In this document: positions 50,762 through 60,896 of the stretch, in pieces | Position numbering within the stretch: the first letter of the stretch is position 1 | How the letters are laid out: every line of letters starts with the position of its first letter | From: a bacterium | Lineage (GTDB): Bacteria > UBA10199 > 2-02-FULL-44-16 > JAAZCA01 | Assembly: GCA_963674695.2 (NCBI GenBank) | Contig: CAXXGI010000003.1 | Coordinates: 1,013,064 to 1,077,063, forward strand | Reading direction: 5' to 3' | DNA: 64,000 nucleotides | Made by a program: the position numbers and the translations under genes | Notes under the pieces: model-generated | What the model was told of the DNA's origin: nothing | Databases searched by the model: none | The model's input: only the letters and a program-made list of their open reading frames with translations

Positions 50762-52363
50762 CTACAGATCGCTGCGATCGTAGCCGCGCTTGTAATGCAG
50801 GACACAGTTGCTCGCCCGCGCCTTATCCGTTGCGTCCTCCGCATCGTCATCGTTATTGTCACAGTAGATTTTCAACAGCGTATTCGCTCCCCCATCGATG
50901 ACGAGCAGACAGGTATTCTCCCCCGTGATCCCGACCGCGGCGAACGTCCCCGCGAGTTCCGTCTGCATCGTGTACATCGGAACGACCTCGGGCACGACGA
51001 CGAAGTCGATACAGGCGTCGGTGAAGATTTTTTCGCCATTCTCATCATAGACACAGACGTCACTCTCACGGACAGTGAAGGAGATGAATTCCGGAATCGT
51101 AGCGTAGCCCATTCCCGCAACGACACTGGACCTGAGATGTTCTTCTTCTTCACCCTCGACATCGGGGGGCTGATCCTCCGGGATACAGAACGTCATTCCA
51201 CGCTCATCCGCGAAATCCTCTTCGAAGAACTCGGAATAGTACATATTATCCTGATCCGGTATGCCGTAGCTCTCGTAATACTCATATTTGGCGTCATTGT
51301 ACGCGACATCATCCCATCCCTCCGGAAACGGCCCGCCGAGGCGACCATACATCTCCGCCTCGAAGTATTCCTCGGGAGATGGATAGGTTTCCGCACAGGA
51401 ATAGGCTTCCTGTTCCCAGACCATCGTCCCGCTCACCTCTATAGGGCCCTCTTCTTCGTCGAGAAGAAATTCCCCCGCGCACATGACGGTGATCTGCTCA
51501 TCGGCGAGTCCGGAAAGGAGCCCCTCCTGCGGCGTGCACTGCATATCGAATGTCTGCTCCCCCGTCTCGACATGGAGATCATCCATCCGCGAGAGCTGAT
51601 GATTTCGGGCATCGAAATAGAGGACGGTGGTGATGTGCAGATACTCCGTATCGTGGAGCGGTGCAGAGATTTCATACACCACACGCAGCTCAAGCGAACC
51701 ATCGTCCCCCTCGACCCAGGTCATCTCGTCCTCGATATCGAGACAGACGTCATGCGTGTCATCGATGTCCGTATCGGAGATCGAAGGCATCACCGCTACC
51801 GAACTCTCGAGAAACGCCGCCATGATGGTCGAGAGATTCGCGCGCATCGTAATGGCCGGGCGAATGGAGAGCACATCGCTGCAATCGGAGTCGACCTCCA
51901 TGACGAGCGAACAGCTCTCGCCCTCTTGGCTGAGTGCGAAGGTCACCTGATCCCCATCCTCGACCGCCTCCTTGGCGAGCAGCTCGTCGGTCCAGCTCAG
52001 CACCGCGCTCTCGAACGAGGCCGTATCCGACGGCCCCAGCGTGAACGTCGGTGAATCCATGGAGACCGTCTGGCCGCTCACGTTGAGCAGACCCGAATGC
52101 ACATTGCCCCAGGTGATGGAGTAGCTCGAGTCATCGACGGCCGCGACGGTGGCACACTGCTGTGCGGGCGCCACGGTGAGCCCCGAACAGGTGCTGCTCA
52201 CATAGCGCACCACGCCGCTGATGCTCGGGATGGAGGTGGGATCGGTCGCGCCCCCCGAACTCGTCGTCGTCCCGGCTCCAACGATTCCCGCACTACAGCC
52301 GGAGAAGAGAAACCCCGCCAACAGCATCAGCACCCATGCCGATTTCATCGATCTCCGTTTCAT
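50762..52363 (-). CDS. Acidic Cys-containing lipoprotein, family member 2
   Basis: ATG 52363 after GGGAGAG. The lipobox is LLAGFLFSGCSAG. The N-terminal ~150 mature residues are almost identical to member 1, and the C-terminal two thirds are divergent. Confidence 0.75.
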   Translation of the reverse strand: MKRRSMKSAWVLMLLAGFLFSGCSAGIVGAGTTTSSGGATDPTSIPSISGVVRYVSSTCSGLTVAPAQQCATVAAVDDSSYSITWGNVHSGLLNVSGQTVSMDSPTFTLGPSDTASFESAVLSWTDELLAKEAVEDGDQVTFALSQEGESCSLVMEVDSDCSDVLSIRPAITMRANLSTIMAAFLESSVAVMPSISDTDIDDTHDVCLDIEDEMTWVEGDDGSLELRVVYEISAPLHDTEYLHITTVLYFDARNHQLSRMDDLHVETGEQTFDMQCTPQEGLLSGLADEQITVMCAGEFLLDEEEGPIEVSGTMVWEQEAYSCAETYPSPEEYFEAEMYGRLGGPFPEGWDDVAYNDAKYEYYESYGIPDQDNMYYSEFFEEDFADERGMTFCIPEDQPPDVEGEEEEHLRSSVVAGMGYATIPEFISFTVRESDVCVYDENGEKIFTDACIDFVVVPEVVPMYTMQTELAGTFAAVGITGENTCLLVIDGGANTLLKIYCDNNDDDAEDATDKARASNCVLHYKRGYDRSDL

Positions 52364-52656
52364 AGGCTCTCTCCCTTTCTGACTTCCTCTCCCGATAGAA
52401 ATGCAATCCACATGCCATCACGATGGATACATAACCCACTGTTTCCTTTAGATCTTTTTTGGAACGCCCGCAGGGGGGAGGTTCGAATTGACCCATATCA
52501 ATCCGATAGCGGAGGGGGGACGAACAACTTTTCCTTAAAATACAGGGAGTTACCGGCGCAATCCTGTTCACCCGTTCTCTACCCGGTTGAGAAATGCGTC
52601 AATGAATTGACAAGAAAAAGACAAGGAAAGTCAATGGGATATGAAATGCGTCCCAA

Positions 52657-53268
52657 TCAGAGGTGTTTTGAAATCGCGCTCAAGAGGTCCTGCCGATGGA
52701 TGAAGTCCTCGAGGTAATCGACGCGCTCCGTCGAGATCTCCAGGATCGGCGAGCGTATATAGCGGGCGATCCATCGACGATACGAGCGCTCGAGTCGCTT
52801 CAGGTATGCATCCGGAATGTTTCGCTCGATCGAGCGACCGCGACCGGCGATGCGTTTTTTGAGGGTACGCAGAGGGCAGTGCAGAAAGAGGAGCAGATCG
52901 GGCGGACGAATGACCTCGACCATCGCCTCGTAGAGGTCGCGATAGGTGCGATATTCCTCGCGGGTCATGTACTTCTGGCGATACAGATTGTGGGCAAAGA
53001 TCTCGGCATCCTCATAGAGGGAACGATCCTGAACGACCGTTCCGGGGAAACGATCGAGCTCCTGATGGATACGAAACTTCTGCGTAAGAAAATGCATCTG
53101 CGAATGAAAGGCCCAACGCTTCATGTCTTTATAGAAGAGCGAGAGAAAGGGATTGATGTCGTTCGGTTCGAAGAAGGGCTTGAGATCGAAATGTCGACAG
53201 AGAAAATCGACCAGCGAGGATTTCCCCGAACCCATATTTCCCGCGATGGCGATATATTTCGTGGCCAT
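52657..53268 (-). CDS. Deoxynucleoside kinase (dAK/dGK/dCK family)
   Basis: P-loop IAIAGNMGSGKSS, the FFEP and DRS..ED motifs, and the arginine-rich lid (RIAGRGRSIER). Length is 203 aa. Confidence 0.88.
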   Translation of the reverse strand: MATKYIAIAGNMGSGKSSLVDFLCRHFDLKPFFEPNDINPFLSLFYKDMKRWAFHSQMHFLTQKFRIHQELDRFPGTVVQDRSLYEDAEIFAHNLYRQKYMTREEYRTYRDLYEAMVEVIRPPDLLLFLHCPLRTLKKRIAGRGRSIERNIPDAYLKRLERSYRRWIARYIRSPILEISTERVDYLEDFIHRQDLLSAISKHL

Positions 53269-53286
53269 GGTATGGCTCGTTGTTCG

Positions 53287-54261
53287 TTATTCGTTATTCG
53301 TTGATCGTTGTTCGAGGATCGAAACCAGTGCCGGCACGACGGCGAAGAGATCGCCCACGATGCCGAAGTCGGCCTTCGAAAAGATCGGCGCCTCCGGATC
53401 GCTGTTGATGGCGACGACGGTCTTGGCCGAACGAATGCCCGCGATATGCTGAATGGAACCGGAGATGCCGCAGGCGATGTAGAGCTTGGGCGCGACGACA
53501 CGCCCGGTCTGGCCGACCTGATGGTCGTGTGAAATCGAACCCGCGTCGACCGCCGCCCGCGAAGCACCGACCTGTGCGCCGATGGCCTCGGCCAAACCTG
53601 CCAGGAGACCAAACCCCTCCACGCTCCCGACCGGCCGCCCGCCGGCGACGATGCGATCGGCCTCCGCCAGATCCTGAAGCCCCGCCTCGGTTTCGATCAC
53701 CTCGGCGACGCTCGCACGCGTTTCCCGGGGTGCCGTCTCGATGCGATCCACCGTACACAGGCTCCCGGTCGTCTCGGGCACGGGAAAGGCATTCGGGCGA
53801 AATGTCGCCACGATCGGCGTGCCGGTGAGCGCAAACGACACGACGACGTTTCCGCCATACTGCGACCTCCGACCGGAAAACCCCTCCTCGGTGAACGCTC
53901 CATCGAGACAGGCGGTCGCCATCCCCGTATCGAGACAGGCGGCCAGGCGCGCCAAGGCATCGTGTCCCAACGGCGTCTCGGTGGCGACGATCGCATCTAC
54001 GGACAATCGACCGACGAGTTCGGCGACGAAGGGTGCGGCCGTCTCGCCCGTGAGGCGATCGGGATCGGCAGCAACCGCAACGAAGGCACGATCCACGCCA
54101 ACCCCGCCCAGCTGCGCCGCACACCCCTCGGCATCGCCGAAGAGGAGGGCTGTCACCTCACCGTCGACTCCCGCAAACGCCCGCGCCTTCCCCGCCAACT
54201 CCAACGAGGCACGCTTGAGCGTTCCCCCTTCATGCTCTGCGATGAGAAGAATTTTTTTCAT
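53287..54261 (-). CDS. etfA: Electron transfer flavoprotein subunit alpha
   Basis: ATG 54261 (MKKILLIAEH). The C-terminal FAD-binding block is LYIACGISGSIQHIAGI..AINSDPEAPIF. The last residues (EQRSTNNE) are encoded by a ttcgttat-type repeat. Confidence 0.93.
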   Translation of the reverse strand: MKKILLIAEHEGGTLKRASLELAGKARAFAGVDGEVTALLFGDAEGCAAQLGGVGVDRAFVAVAADPDRLTGETAAPFVAELVGRLSVDAIVATETPLGHDALARLAACLDTGMATACLDGAFTEEGFSGRRSQYGGNVVVSFALTGTPIVATFRPNAFPVPETTGSLCTVDRIETAPRETRASVAEVIETEAGLQDLAEADRIVAGGRPVGSVEGFGLLAGLAEAIGAQVGASRAAVDAGSISHDHQVGQTGRVVAPKLYIACGISGSIQHIAGIRSAKTVVAINSDPEAPIFSKADFGIVGDLFAVVPALVSILEQRSTNNE

Positions 54262-54392
54262 ACCTTCCTTCAGGAGGCGCCTCGAGCACATGCGCCGCGA
54301 GGGGACAAACGGAGCTATTTTTACAGGTTCACGTGAAAAATGGTTTCGTTTTTCCCCGGGAGGCGCCCTGGCACTTGCGCCATCAGGGGGAC

Positions 54393-55175
54393 CTACAGCA
54401 GATCCTCATCTCGAAGCATGCGCACAAGTTCGGCAGCCGCCTCGGCGGGCTCCCCCGCGATCATCCGACAGGGGTCACGCTCGGGCGGCGCCTCAAAACG
54501 CGTGGGGCGAAAAGATGCAACCATCTCATCTGACAGCTCCGCACCGGGACGAACATCGAGCGGCTTGCGCTTGGCCTTCATCATCCCAGGGAGCGAAACA
54601 AACCGCGGCTCATTGAGCCCCTTCTCACACGCGATGAGGATCGGCAGGGTCGATTCGATGCGCTGTTTGGTACTGCCCGCCGTCGGACGGGTGAGACGAA
54701 CCGTCCTGCCCTCATCATCGATGGAAAATTCCTCCACGGGGGAAACATGCGGCCATCTCAAACGTTCGGCCACACCGGCGGGCACCGCCGCCTGTTCGTC
54801 ATCGACGGCCATCTTTCCGGCAAAGAGGATGTCGAAGGATTCCGGAACAGAAACAGCCGCGAGAAGACGCGCCGTCAAAGCGGCATCGAGCACATTCGCC
54901 TCGACATCGATCCGAATGGCGCGATCGGCACCCATCGCCATCGCCTTGCGCAGGGCATCGTCGGCGCGCACAGGACCCGCCGTGATGACCACGACCTCGC
55001 CGCCGAGCTTCTCCTTCAGGCGCAGGGCTTCCTCGATGGCATATTCATCATACGGATTGATCGCCCAGGAGACACAGGACTCCTCGATGCCGGAGCCATC
55101 CGACCTGACGTGAACCGGCACCTCGGTGTCGGGAACTTGTTTGATGAGCACACCGATTTTCACACGAAACCCCAA
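54393..55175 (-). CDS. etfB: Electron transfer flavoprotein subunit beta
   Basis: The IGVLIKQVPD start block and AGKMAVDDEQAAVP are typical of EtfB. Length is 260 aa. Confidence 0.92.
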   Translation of the reverse strand: MGFRVKIGVLIKQVPDTEVPVHVRSDGSGIEESCVSWAINPYDEYAIEEALRLKEKLGGEVVVITAGPVRADDALRKAMAMGADRAIRIDVEANVLDAALTARLLAAVSVPESFDILFAGKMAVDDEQAAVPAGVAERLRWPHVSPVEEFSIDDEGRTVRLTRPTAGSTKQRIESTLPILIACEKGLNEPRFVSLPGMMKAKRKPLDVRPGAELSDEMVASFRPTRFEAPPERDPCRMIAGEPAEAAAELVRMLRDEDLL

Positions 55176-55179
55176 GAAC

Positions 55180-55365
55180 GCCAGTCAAGCCAGTCAAGCT
55201 AGTCAAGCTAGTCAAGCTAGTCAAGCTAGACAGGTTAAAACATGCCTGACTGACCTGACTAGCCTGACTGGCTTGATTCGCCTGACTGGCCTGACTGGCC
55301 TGACTGGCTTGTCTCGCCTGACTGGCCTGACCGCCTGACCGCCTGACTGGCCGTGACTGGCCTGC
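55180..55365. repeat. Two opposed 9-nt tandem arrays: (C[CT]AGTCAAG)x5-6 and (GCCTGACTG)x~13
   Basis: The left array is 55180-55231 and the right array is 55244-55365. The units are imperfect reverse complements (AGTCAAG vs CTTGACT/CCTGACT). Together they fill the whole ahcY-etfB spacer. Confidence 0.92.
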
Positions 55366-55369
55366 TTCA

Positions 55370-56773
55370 CTAGTATCGATAATGTTCCGGCTTGTACGGC
55401 CCTTCCGTCGGCACGCCGATATAGTCGGCCTGTTCAGCAGAGAGCTTCGTCAGCTTTGCGCCCAGCTTCTCCACGTGGAGACGAGCGACCTCCTCGTCGA
55501 GTTTCTTGGAGAGACAGAAGACGCCCACGTCATGCTGGTTTTGCCAGAGGTCCATCTGGGCGAGCACCTGGTTGGTGAAGGAGTTCGACATCACGAAACT
55601 CGGATGTCCCGTGGCACAACCGAGGTTGACCAGCCGCCCTTCGGCCAGCAGGTAGATCGCATTGCCATTGGAAAAGGTGTATTTGTCGACCTGCGGTTTG
55701 ACCGTGAGCTTATGCACGCCCGGCCAGGCATTGAGCTTGGAGACCTGGATCTCGTTATCGAAGTGCCCGATGTTGCAGACGATGGCCTGATCCTTCATCT
55801 TCGACATGTGCTCGGCGGTGATGACGTCGCGATTGCCGGTGGTCGTCACGAAGATATCGCCATGCTCGAGCGCCTCTTCGATCGTCATGACCTGATAGCC
55901 GGCCATGAGCGCCTGCAATGCACAGATCGGGTCGATCTCGGTGACGATCACGCGCGCATTGAGTGCCGCGAGCGACTGCGCGGAGCCCTTGCCCACATCG
56001 CCGTAGCCGCAGATTATGGCGGTCTTTCCGGCGATCATCACGTCGGTGGCGCGCTTGATGCCGTCCACGAGCGATTCGCGGCAGCCATAGACGTTGTCGA
56101 ACTTCGACTTGGTCACGGAATCGTTCACGTTGATGGCGGGCACGAGGAGATTCCCGTCGCGGGCCATTTGATAGAGGCGATGCACACCGGTGGTCGTCTC
56201 TTCGGAGACGCCCTTCCACTCCTTGGCCACCGCGTGCCAAAATTTCGGCTCGGCGGCGAGCGTCTCTTTGAGCATCGCATTGATGCACTGCACTTCATGG
56301 TTGTCGGTCGGCTCGTCGAGGATCGCCGCATTCGTCTCGGCCTCATACCCGCGATGAATGAGCAGCGTCGCATCGCCCCCATCGTCGACGATGAGATTCG
56401 GGCCCTCGCCCGTCGGCCAGGTCAGCGCCTGCTTCGTGCACCACCAATATTCTTCGAGCGACTCGCCCTTCCAGGCGAAGACGGGAACGCCACTGGCGGC
56501 GATGGCTGCCGCGGCATGATCCTGTGTGGAGAAGATGTTGCAGGAAGCCCAGCGCACATCTGCCCCGAGCTCCACGAGCGTCTCGATGAGAACCGCCGTC
56601 TGGATCGTCATGTGGAGACTGCCCGAAACGCGCGCGCCCATAAGCGGCTTCTCTTTCCCATACTTCTCGCGAATCGCCATGAGCCCCGGCATCTCCTTCT
56701 CGGCGATATCCATCTCGCGACGGCCCCAATCGGCAAGTGCGATGTCCGCCACTTTATAATCGGTTTGTGTCAT
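55370..56773 (-). CDS. ahcY: Adenosylhomocysteinase
   Basis: ATG 56773 (GGAGG 8 nt upstream) gives [35 protein letters not shown]-binding block [10 protein letters not shown]. Length is 467 aa. Confidence 0.96.
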   Translation of the reverse strand: MTQTDYKVADIALADWGRREMDIAEKEMPGLMAIREKYGKEKPLMGARVSGSLHMTIQTAVLIETLVELGADVRWASCNIFSTQDHAAAAIAASGVPVFAWKGESLEEYWWCTKQALTWPTGEGPNLIVDDGGDATLLIHRGYEAETNAAILDEPTDNHEVQCINAMLKETLAAEPKFWHAVAKEWKGVSEETTTGVHRLYQMARDGNLLVPAINVNDSVTKSKFDNVYGCRESLVDGIKRATDVMIAGKTAIICGYGDVGKGSAQSLAALNARVIVTEIDPICALQALMAGYQVMTIEEALEHGDIFVTTTGNRDVITAEHMSKMKDQAIVCNIGHFDNEIQVSKLNAWPGVHKLTVKPQVDKYTFSNGNAIYLLAEGRLVNLGCATGHPSFVMSNSFTNQVLAQMDLWQNQHDVGVFCLSKKLDEEVARLHVEKLGAKLTKLSAEQADYIGVPTEGPYKPEHYRY

Positions 56774-56932
56774 GTTCTGACCTCCACAGCAGCAAGGCGC
56801 CTTCGCTTTCGCGCGCACCTCCGGTTGCGTTGACATAGAATACCCCTTCCGTTTGAGTGAGCGGCAGCTATACCGCATTGGATCGCTATTTCAAGCCTTT
56901 TCCTTCGTCTCTGGTCCATGGTCCATGGTCTA

Positions 56933-58351
56933 TCACAGGGGCTGACCATCGAGGTAAGCAGGGAGCGGTTCACCCAGGAGCGAAAGGATCGTCGGGAAAA
57001 GATCGACGGTGCGCATCGGCTCCTCGGCAAAGCGCCGATTCGTGAGAATGGGCACGCGCATATGGCTCTCATGCAACGATCCATGTGAACCATGGTGTTC
57101 GGGGTGCTCATACTTGAGACGCAGATCGAATCCGGGCGTGGCCGAGAGGAGTAGATCCCCCGATCGCGCCGCAGTGAGCAGATGCGCAATCTGAAAGGGG
57201 GCGTCGGGATAGGCCGAATTCCACGTCTGTTTGAGACAATCGCGCGAAGTCAACGCTGTCGGCATCGGCCCATATCCGAAGGGGTCCGTGCTGAGCACTT
57301 CATAGTGCAGGCGATCGCCATCGAGTCGCACGCAGGCCTCGCCCCGCCGACTGAGTACATCGGCCCCTCCCTCTTCATTCCGACAGATGACGAGATCGAT
57401 CGCGTCCTCTTGCTGCAGGGCCTCGACAAAACCGGGGCTCATCCGCTCGAGTTCACCGCGCGTCGTTCGACGCGACCAGCCATCGCTGTTTTTAAAATAC
57501 AGATGCGTCATGCCGTTGCCCGACACCATGTTCGCCGAGCGCTTGCCCTTCTTATCGAAGATGCACGGATAGAAAAATGCGGGCATGCCGCGGCCCTCGA
57601 GAAAGGTGTTCACGCAGAAATGCGCATCGGTCTTGGACAGACCGTGATCGGAGACGATGAAGAGCGAGGTGCACTCCCAGGCGCCGTCGCGTTTGAGATC
57701 CGCGACGATCTCGCCGACCGCATGGTCCAGCCACCGATAGCGTTCGATCGTCTTCGGATCGCGGGGATGGATCAGGTGTGAATATTCGTCGATGCCGGGA
57801 AAGACGGCGAAGAGAAAGCGCGGCCGACGGCGCGCAAGCACGCGGCGTATCTTGGCCAGCCCCGCCTCATCGGCAAATGCCCAGCGATCGGTGAGATGGG
57901 CATAGTACCAATACCAGATGCGACTGATGCGCGTGGCGTTGCGTCGCCCTGCCCCGCGCGCGATCGGGTTGAAGACATTCCAGGAATCGGGAACGAGTTC
58001 AAAGATCGTGCGGATCTGCTTCTGCATGTCGCCCGCCATACAGAAGCTCTCGAGCCCCACGTAAGAACGATAGCGGTCGAAGGAACGACCGGACGCGTAG
58101 AGGGTTTTATCGAACCACCGAATGCCGGGCACATTGCACGTGCCGGGAAGACAGCCGGTCAGGTAGGGCAGATAGGCCGGACCCGTCGTCGAGGGAAAGC
58201 TCGTCACCGCATCGAGGATCGACCCTGGCTCGACGAGATAACGCGCGATGTTCGGCAGATCGCCGGATGCAAGCAGCTCGCGCATCACATCGGCGCGCGC
58301 GCCGTCGGCGAGAATGGTGATAACGCGTTGAGAATGGAGATGATCCGTCAT
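56933..58351 (-). CDS. Alkaline-phosphatase superfamily protein (nucleotide pyrophosphatase/phosphodiesterase-like)
   Basis: The metal and nucleophile blocks ILADGARAD, FPSTTGPAY, VSDHG and HGSHGS are typical of type I phosphodiesterase/NPP family members. Length is 472 aa. Confidence 0.8.
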   Translation of the reverse strand: MTDHLHSQRVITILADGARADVMRELLASGDLPNIARYLVEPGSILDAVTSFPSTTGPAYLPYLTGCLPGTCNVPGIRWFDKTLYASGRSFDRYRSYVGLESFCMAGDMQKQIRTIFELVPDSWNVFNPIARGAGRRNATRISRIWYWYYAHLTDRWAFADEAGLAKIRRVLARRRPRFLFAVFPGIDEYSHLIHPRDPKTIERYRWLDHAVGEIVADLKRDGAWECTSLFIVSDHGLSKTDAHFCVNTFLEGRGMPAFFYPCIFDKKGKRSANMVSGNGMTHLYFKNSDGWSRRTTRGELERMSPGFVEALQQEDAIDLVICRNEEGGADVLSRRGEACVRLDGDRLHYEVLSTDPFGYGPMPTALTSRDCLKQTWNSAYPDAPFQIAHLLTAARSGDLLLSATPGFDLRLKYEHPEHHGSHGSLHESHMRVPILTNRRFAEEPMRTVDLFPTILSLLGEPLPAYLDGQPL

Positions 58352-58365
58352 GGTGGCTCGCGCGC

Positions 58366-59079
58366 TCAGTGTGCAGACGCGGAAGCGGCATCACCGCTCG
58401 CGTCCTTCGGCCCGCGCTTGTTCCGAATGCTGTCGAGCTTGTTGCTCATCCGGCTGACCAACTCCGGATAGCCGTGTTTCTTGATGATGCTGTTGAATTG
58501 ATAGCGATAGTTATCGACGAGGCTCGCTTCATCCACGATGACATCGTAGATCACCCAGCCATCGCCCGCCTTCTTCATGCGATAATTGAGCGTAATCGTG
58601 ATCTTCTCCGAAGGGACCGACACGCGCGTCTTCACAAACGCACGGGTCTTTTCCGCATTGAGAAAGGTATGACCGCTGTAGCTCACGGAGTACTTTCCGC
58701 CGGAGTGCTTGCTCTTCTGAATCGACTGCTCCTTGGAGAAGAGGGCCTTCTCTTCGAGGAGATCCGAGAGCAGCTTCGGAAATGCCTCGCGCTCTTGCGG
58801 TGTGCGCTCCTTCCAGTGCCTTCCGAGCGAGAGCCGTGAGAGTTCTTTTACGTCGAAGGTCCCGCTGATCACTTCGCGTTTGAGGTTCTGGTTGAAAGCC
58901 TCATCCTCCGGCGAGAGAGGCTTGCCCCCTTCGCGCACCTTGAACTGTTCGAGCTTGGTGTCGAGCGCCTTGATGGACGCGGTTGGCGTTATCGCCGCCA
59001 CACTCACAGCGGAGAGCAGCATGACCAACATCGGCAACGTCCAGACCAAGATCCTGCAGATCGCATTCCGTTTCATCAT
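58366..59079 (-). CDS. MlaC/Ttg2D-family periplasmic lipid-binding protein
   Basis: Signal peptide; FDVKELSRLSLGRHW...; WVIYDVIVDEASLVDNYRYQFNSII is the characteristic MlaC/toluene-tolerance block. Confidence 0.8.
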   Translation of the reverse strand: MMKRNAICRILVWTLPMLVMLLSAVSVAAITPTASIKALDTKLEQFKVREGGKPLSPEDEAFNQNLKREVISGTFDVKELSRLSLGRHWKERTPQEREAFPKLLSDLLEEKALFSKEQSIQKSKHSGGKYSVSYSGHTFLNAEKTRAFVKTRVSVPSEKITITLNYRMKKAGDGWVIYDVIVDEASLVDNYRYQFNSIIKKHGYPELVSRMSNKLDSIRNKRGPKDASGDAASASAH

Positions 59080-59081
59080 AT

Positions 59082-60779
59082 CTATTGTCCCCCCATCGCT
59101 CCGACTGGCTCCCCGCCTGCTCCGACGGAACCGGGCGTATCCATGTCCATGAATTGACGTCCCTCTCCCTGAATCGCGCTGCCCGCTTCTTGCTCGATGC
59201 CCGCCTCGGAGAAAACACCATTTCGTCCCGACGCCGACAGCTCATCGTGTTTGGCCTCGCCGACACGCTTGGCCAGCTCCGCCAGGGCCACATTATAACT
59301 GAATATCGCTTTATAATACTGTCCACGCGTCAGGAGCACGATCTTGAGCGCATCGGCATACTTCTGTTGATCCTCCTCCAGACCCATATCGTAATTGATC
59401 TTGGAGAGAAACATCATCTGCTGCGCCATCGACTTGGCATCCGCGGCACGATCGAGATCCTTGCGCGCGCGCTTCACATTGAGATAGGCCTTGCGCAGAT
59501 CGAGCCCCGCCGCGCGCCGCGCCAGAAGCCGTTCCACGCTCGCCTTGTAGTACTCCGCGCGCGACTTCCGGATGCGCCCAAGCGAACCATGGACATCGAT
59601 GCTCCCCTTCACCTCGATGCCAACGCCGGCGCGCGTATAGTTGAATGGGTTGTTATAGTCGTCAGTGGAAGTGATTCCACTGATCGGGCCAACAGCACGA
59701 CCAACATCGACGAAGAATCCGACACCCATGCGCGGTGCAAGCTTGAAACGTTCCAGGCGATACTGCTGGCGCTTCACCTCGACGCCGACGTCCACGAGCT
59801 TGAGCTCCGGCATGGTGTCGAGCCCCGTATCGAAATAGCGCTCGTAGGCGGCAAGATCCACATCCTCCGCCTTGAGCGATTTCATCTCGAGCTCAAGCGG
59901 TTCGTCCGGCATCAGCCCCATCTGGATGCGCAGACCCTCCCGCGCCAACTCAATGTTCTCGCGGGTCTCCGCCAGCCGGCGCTGCAAATCCGTGTGAAAG
60001 AGTTTGAGCTGCAGGTTATCATAGGGATCCATGATCTCCTCTTCCGGCAGTTCCTCACCCGCAATCTCCGCCTCGTCAAAGCGCGCCTTTTTCTCCGCCT
60101 CCCCCTTGATCTTGTTGTGCAACCGATCAGCGGCATCCGCCAAGAGCCCCTCCACCTCGCGCGCGAGCAAAATACCGTAGTAGAGTTTTTTGACCTCAGA
60201 GATCGTCTGCTCGCGCGTCTGCGCCTCACGAATACGCGCGGCCTGAACGCCCCCCGTCGCCATATTCTTCACCGCCAGCAACTGTCCGAAGGTCATGATC
60301 GGCATACCGATGCCGACGCGAATGCTCTGGAAGAGCGTCACCTCGCCATCGAAGAAGGAATTGAAGGCATTGCTCGCATCGGTGGGAACCGGCGCGACGC
60401 GGTACTTATATTCGAGGACCGGCCAGAATTGAGCATTCGCTTCCGTGAGCTGACCACGCGCGGCCTGCACCTCATAGCCCGACGCCCGAATGCGGATATT
60501 GCGATCGAGTGCGACGCGGATACAATCGTCGAGAGAAAAACTTTTCCCGGAAAAGGGATCGCTGCGCTTGGCCAGATCGCGCTCGAGAATGACGGGATCG
60601 ATCGCAAACGTAGGCGCGCTCGACTGGGCCGCTGCCGCCAACTCCGGCGAGGCCTGTACGGCCACCTCGCCGTGAACGAGGGGAGTCGACTGGGCCGACA
60701 CTCCCAAGGGCAGGGCCGCCGACAGCATTCCCGCCAGGAGCATCCACCCGCGCAAACGATGTCTCGATACATCGATCAT
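59082..60779 (-). CDS. TolC-family outer membrane efflux protein
   Basis: Signal peptide. LDDCIRVALDRNIRIRASGYEVQAARGQLTEANAQFWP is the typical OEP repeat start. There is a second repeat, and the length is 565 aa. Confidence 0.85.
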   Translation of the reverse strand: MIDVSRHRLRGWMLLAGMLSAALPLGVSAQSTPLVHGEVAVQASPELAAAAQSSAPTFAIDPVILERDLAKRSDPFSGKSFSLDDCIRVALDRNIRIRASGYEVQAARGQLTEANAQFWPVLEYKYRVAPVPTDASNAFNSFFDGEVTLFQSIRVGIGMPIMTFGQLLAVKNMATGGVQAARIREAQTREQTISEVKKLYYGILLAREVEGLLADAADRLHNKIKGEAEKKARFDEAEIAGEELPEEEIMDPYDNLQLKLFHTDLQRRLAETRENIELAREGLRIQMGLMPDEPLELEMKSLKAEDVDLAAYERYFDTGLDTMPELKLVDVGVEVKRQQYRLERFKLAPRMGVGFFVDVGRAVGPISGITSTDDYNNPFNYTRAGVGIEVKGSIDVHGSLGRIRKSRAEYYKASVERLLARRAAGLDLRKAYLNVKRARKDLDRAADAKSMAQQMMFLSKINYDMGLEEDQQKYADALKIVLLTRGQYYKAIFSYNVALAELAKRVGEAKHDELSASGRNGVFSEAGIEQEAGSAIQGEGRQFMDMDTPGSVGAGGEPVGAMGGQ

Positions 60780-60896
60780 AAAACGAAAATCATCCCGTTA
60801 TTTGATGGGTTACAGTGAGCGTGGGCTCTATCAGATGAGGTGGGTGAAAGCAAATATTTCAGCGAAGGCAACCGAATGAAGGGAATGGCAATATCA

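Noticed and set aside
52470-52500. tRNA-like GGTTCGAAT motif upstream of the lipoprotein genes
   Set aside because: The flanking bases do not form a T-stem, and no acceptor or anticodon arms can be drawn.
56774-56932. SAH riboswitch upstream of ahcY
   Set aside because: The leader contains GCCGCTCAC..AAACGG, which vaguely resembles part of the SAH riboswitch core. I could not find the complementary 5' strand or the AGGCUCGG-like element, so it cannot be supported without a covariance-model scan.
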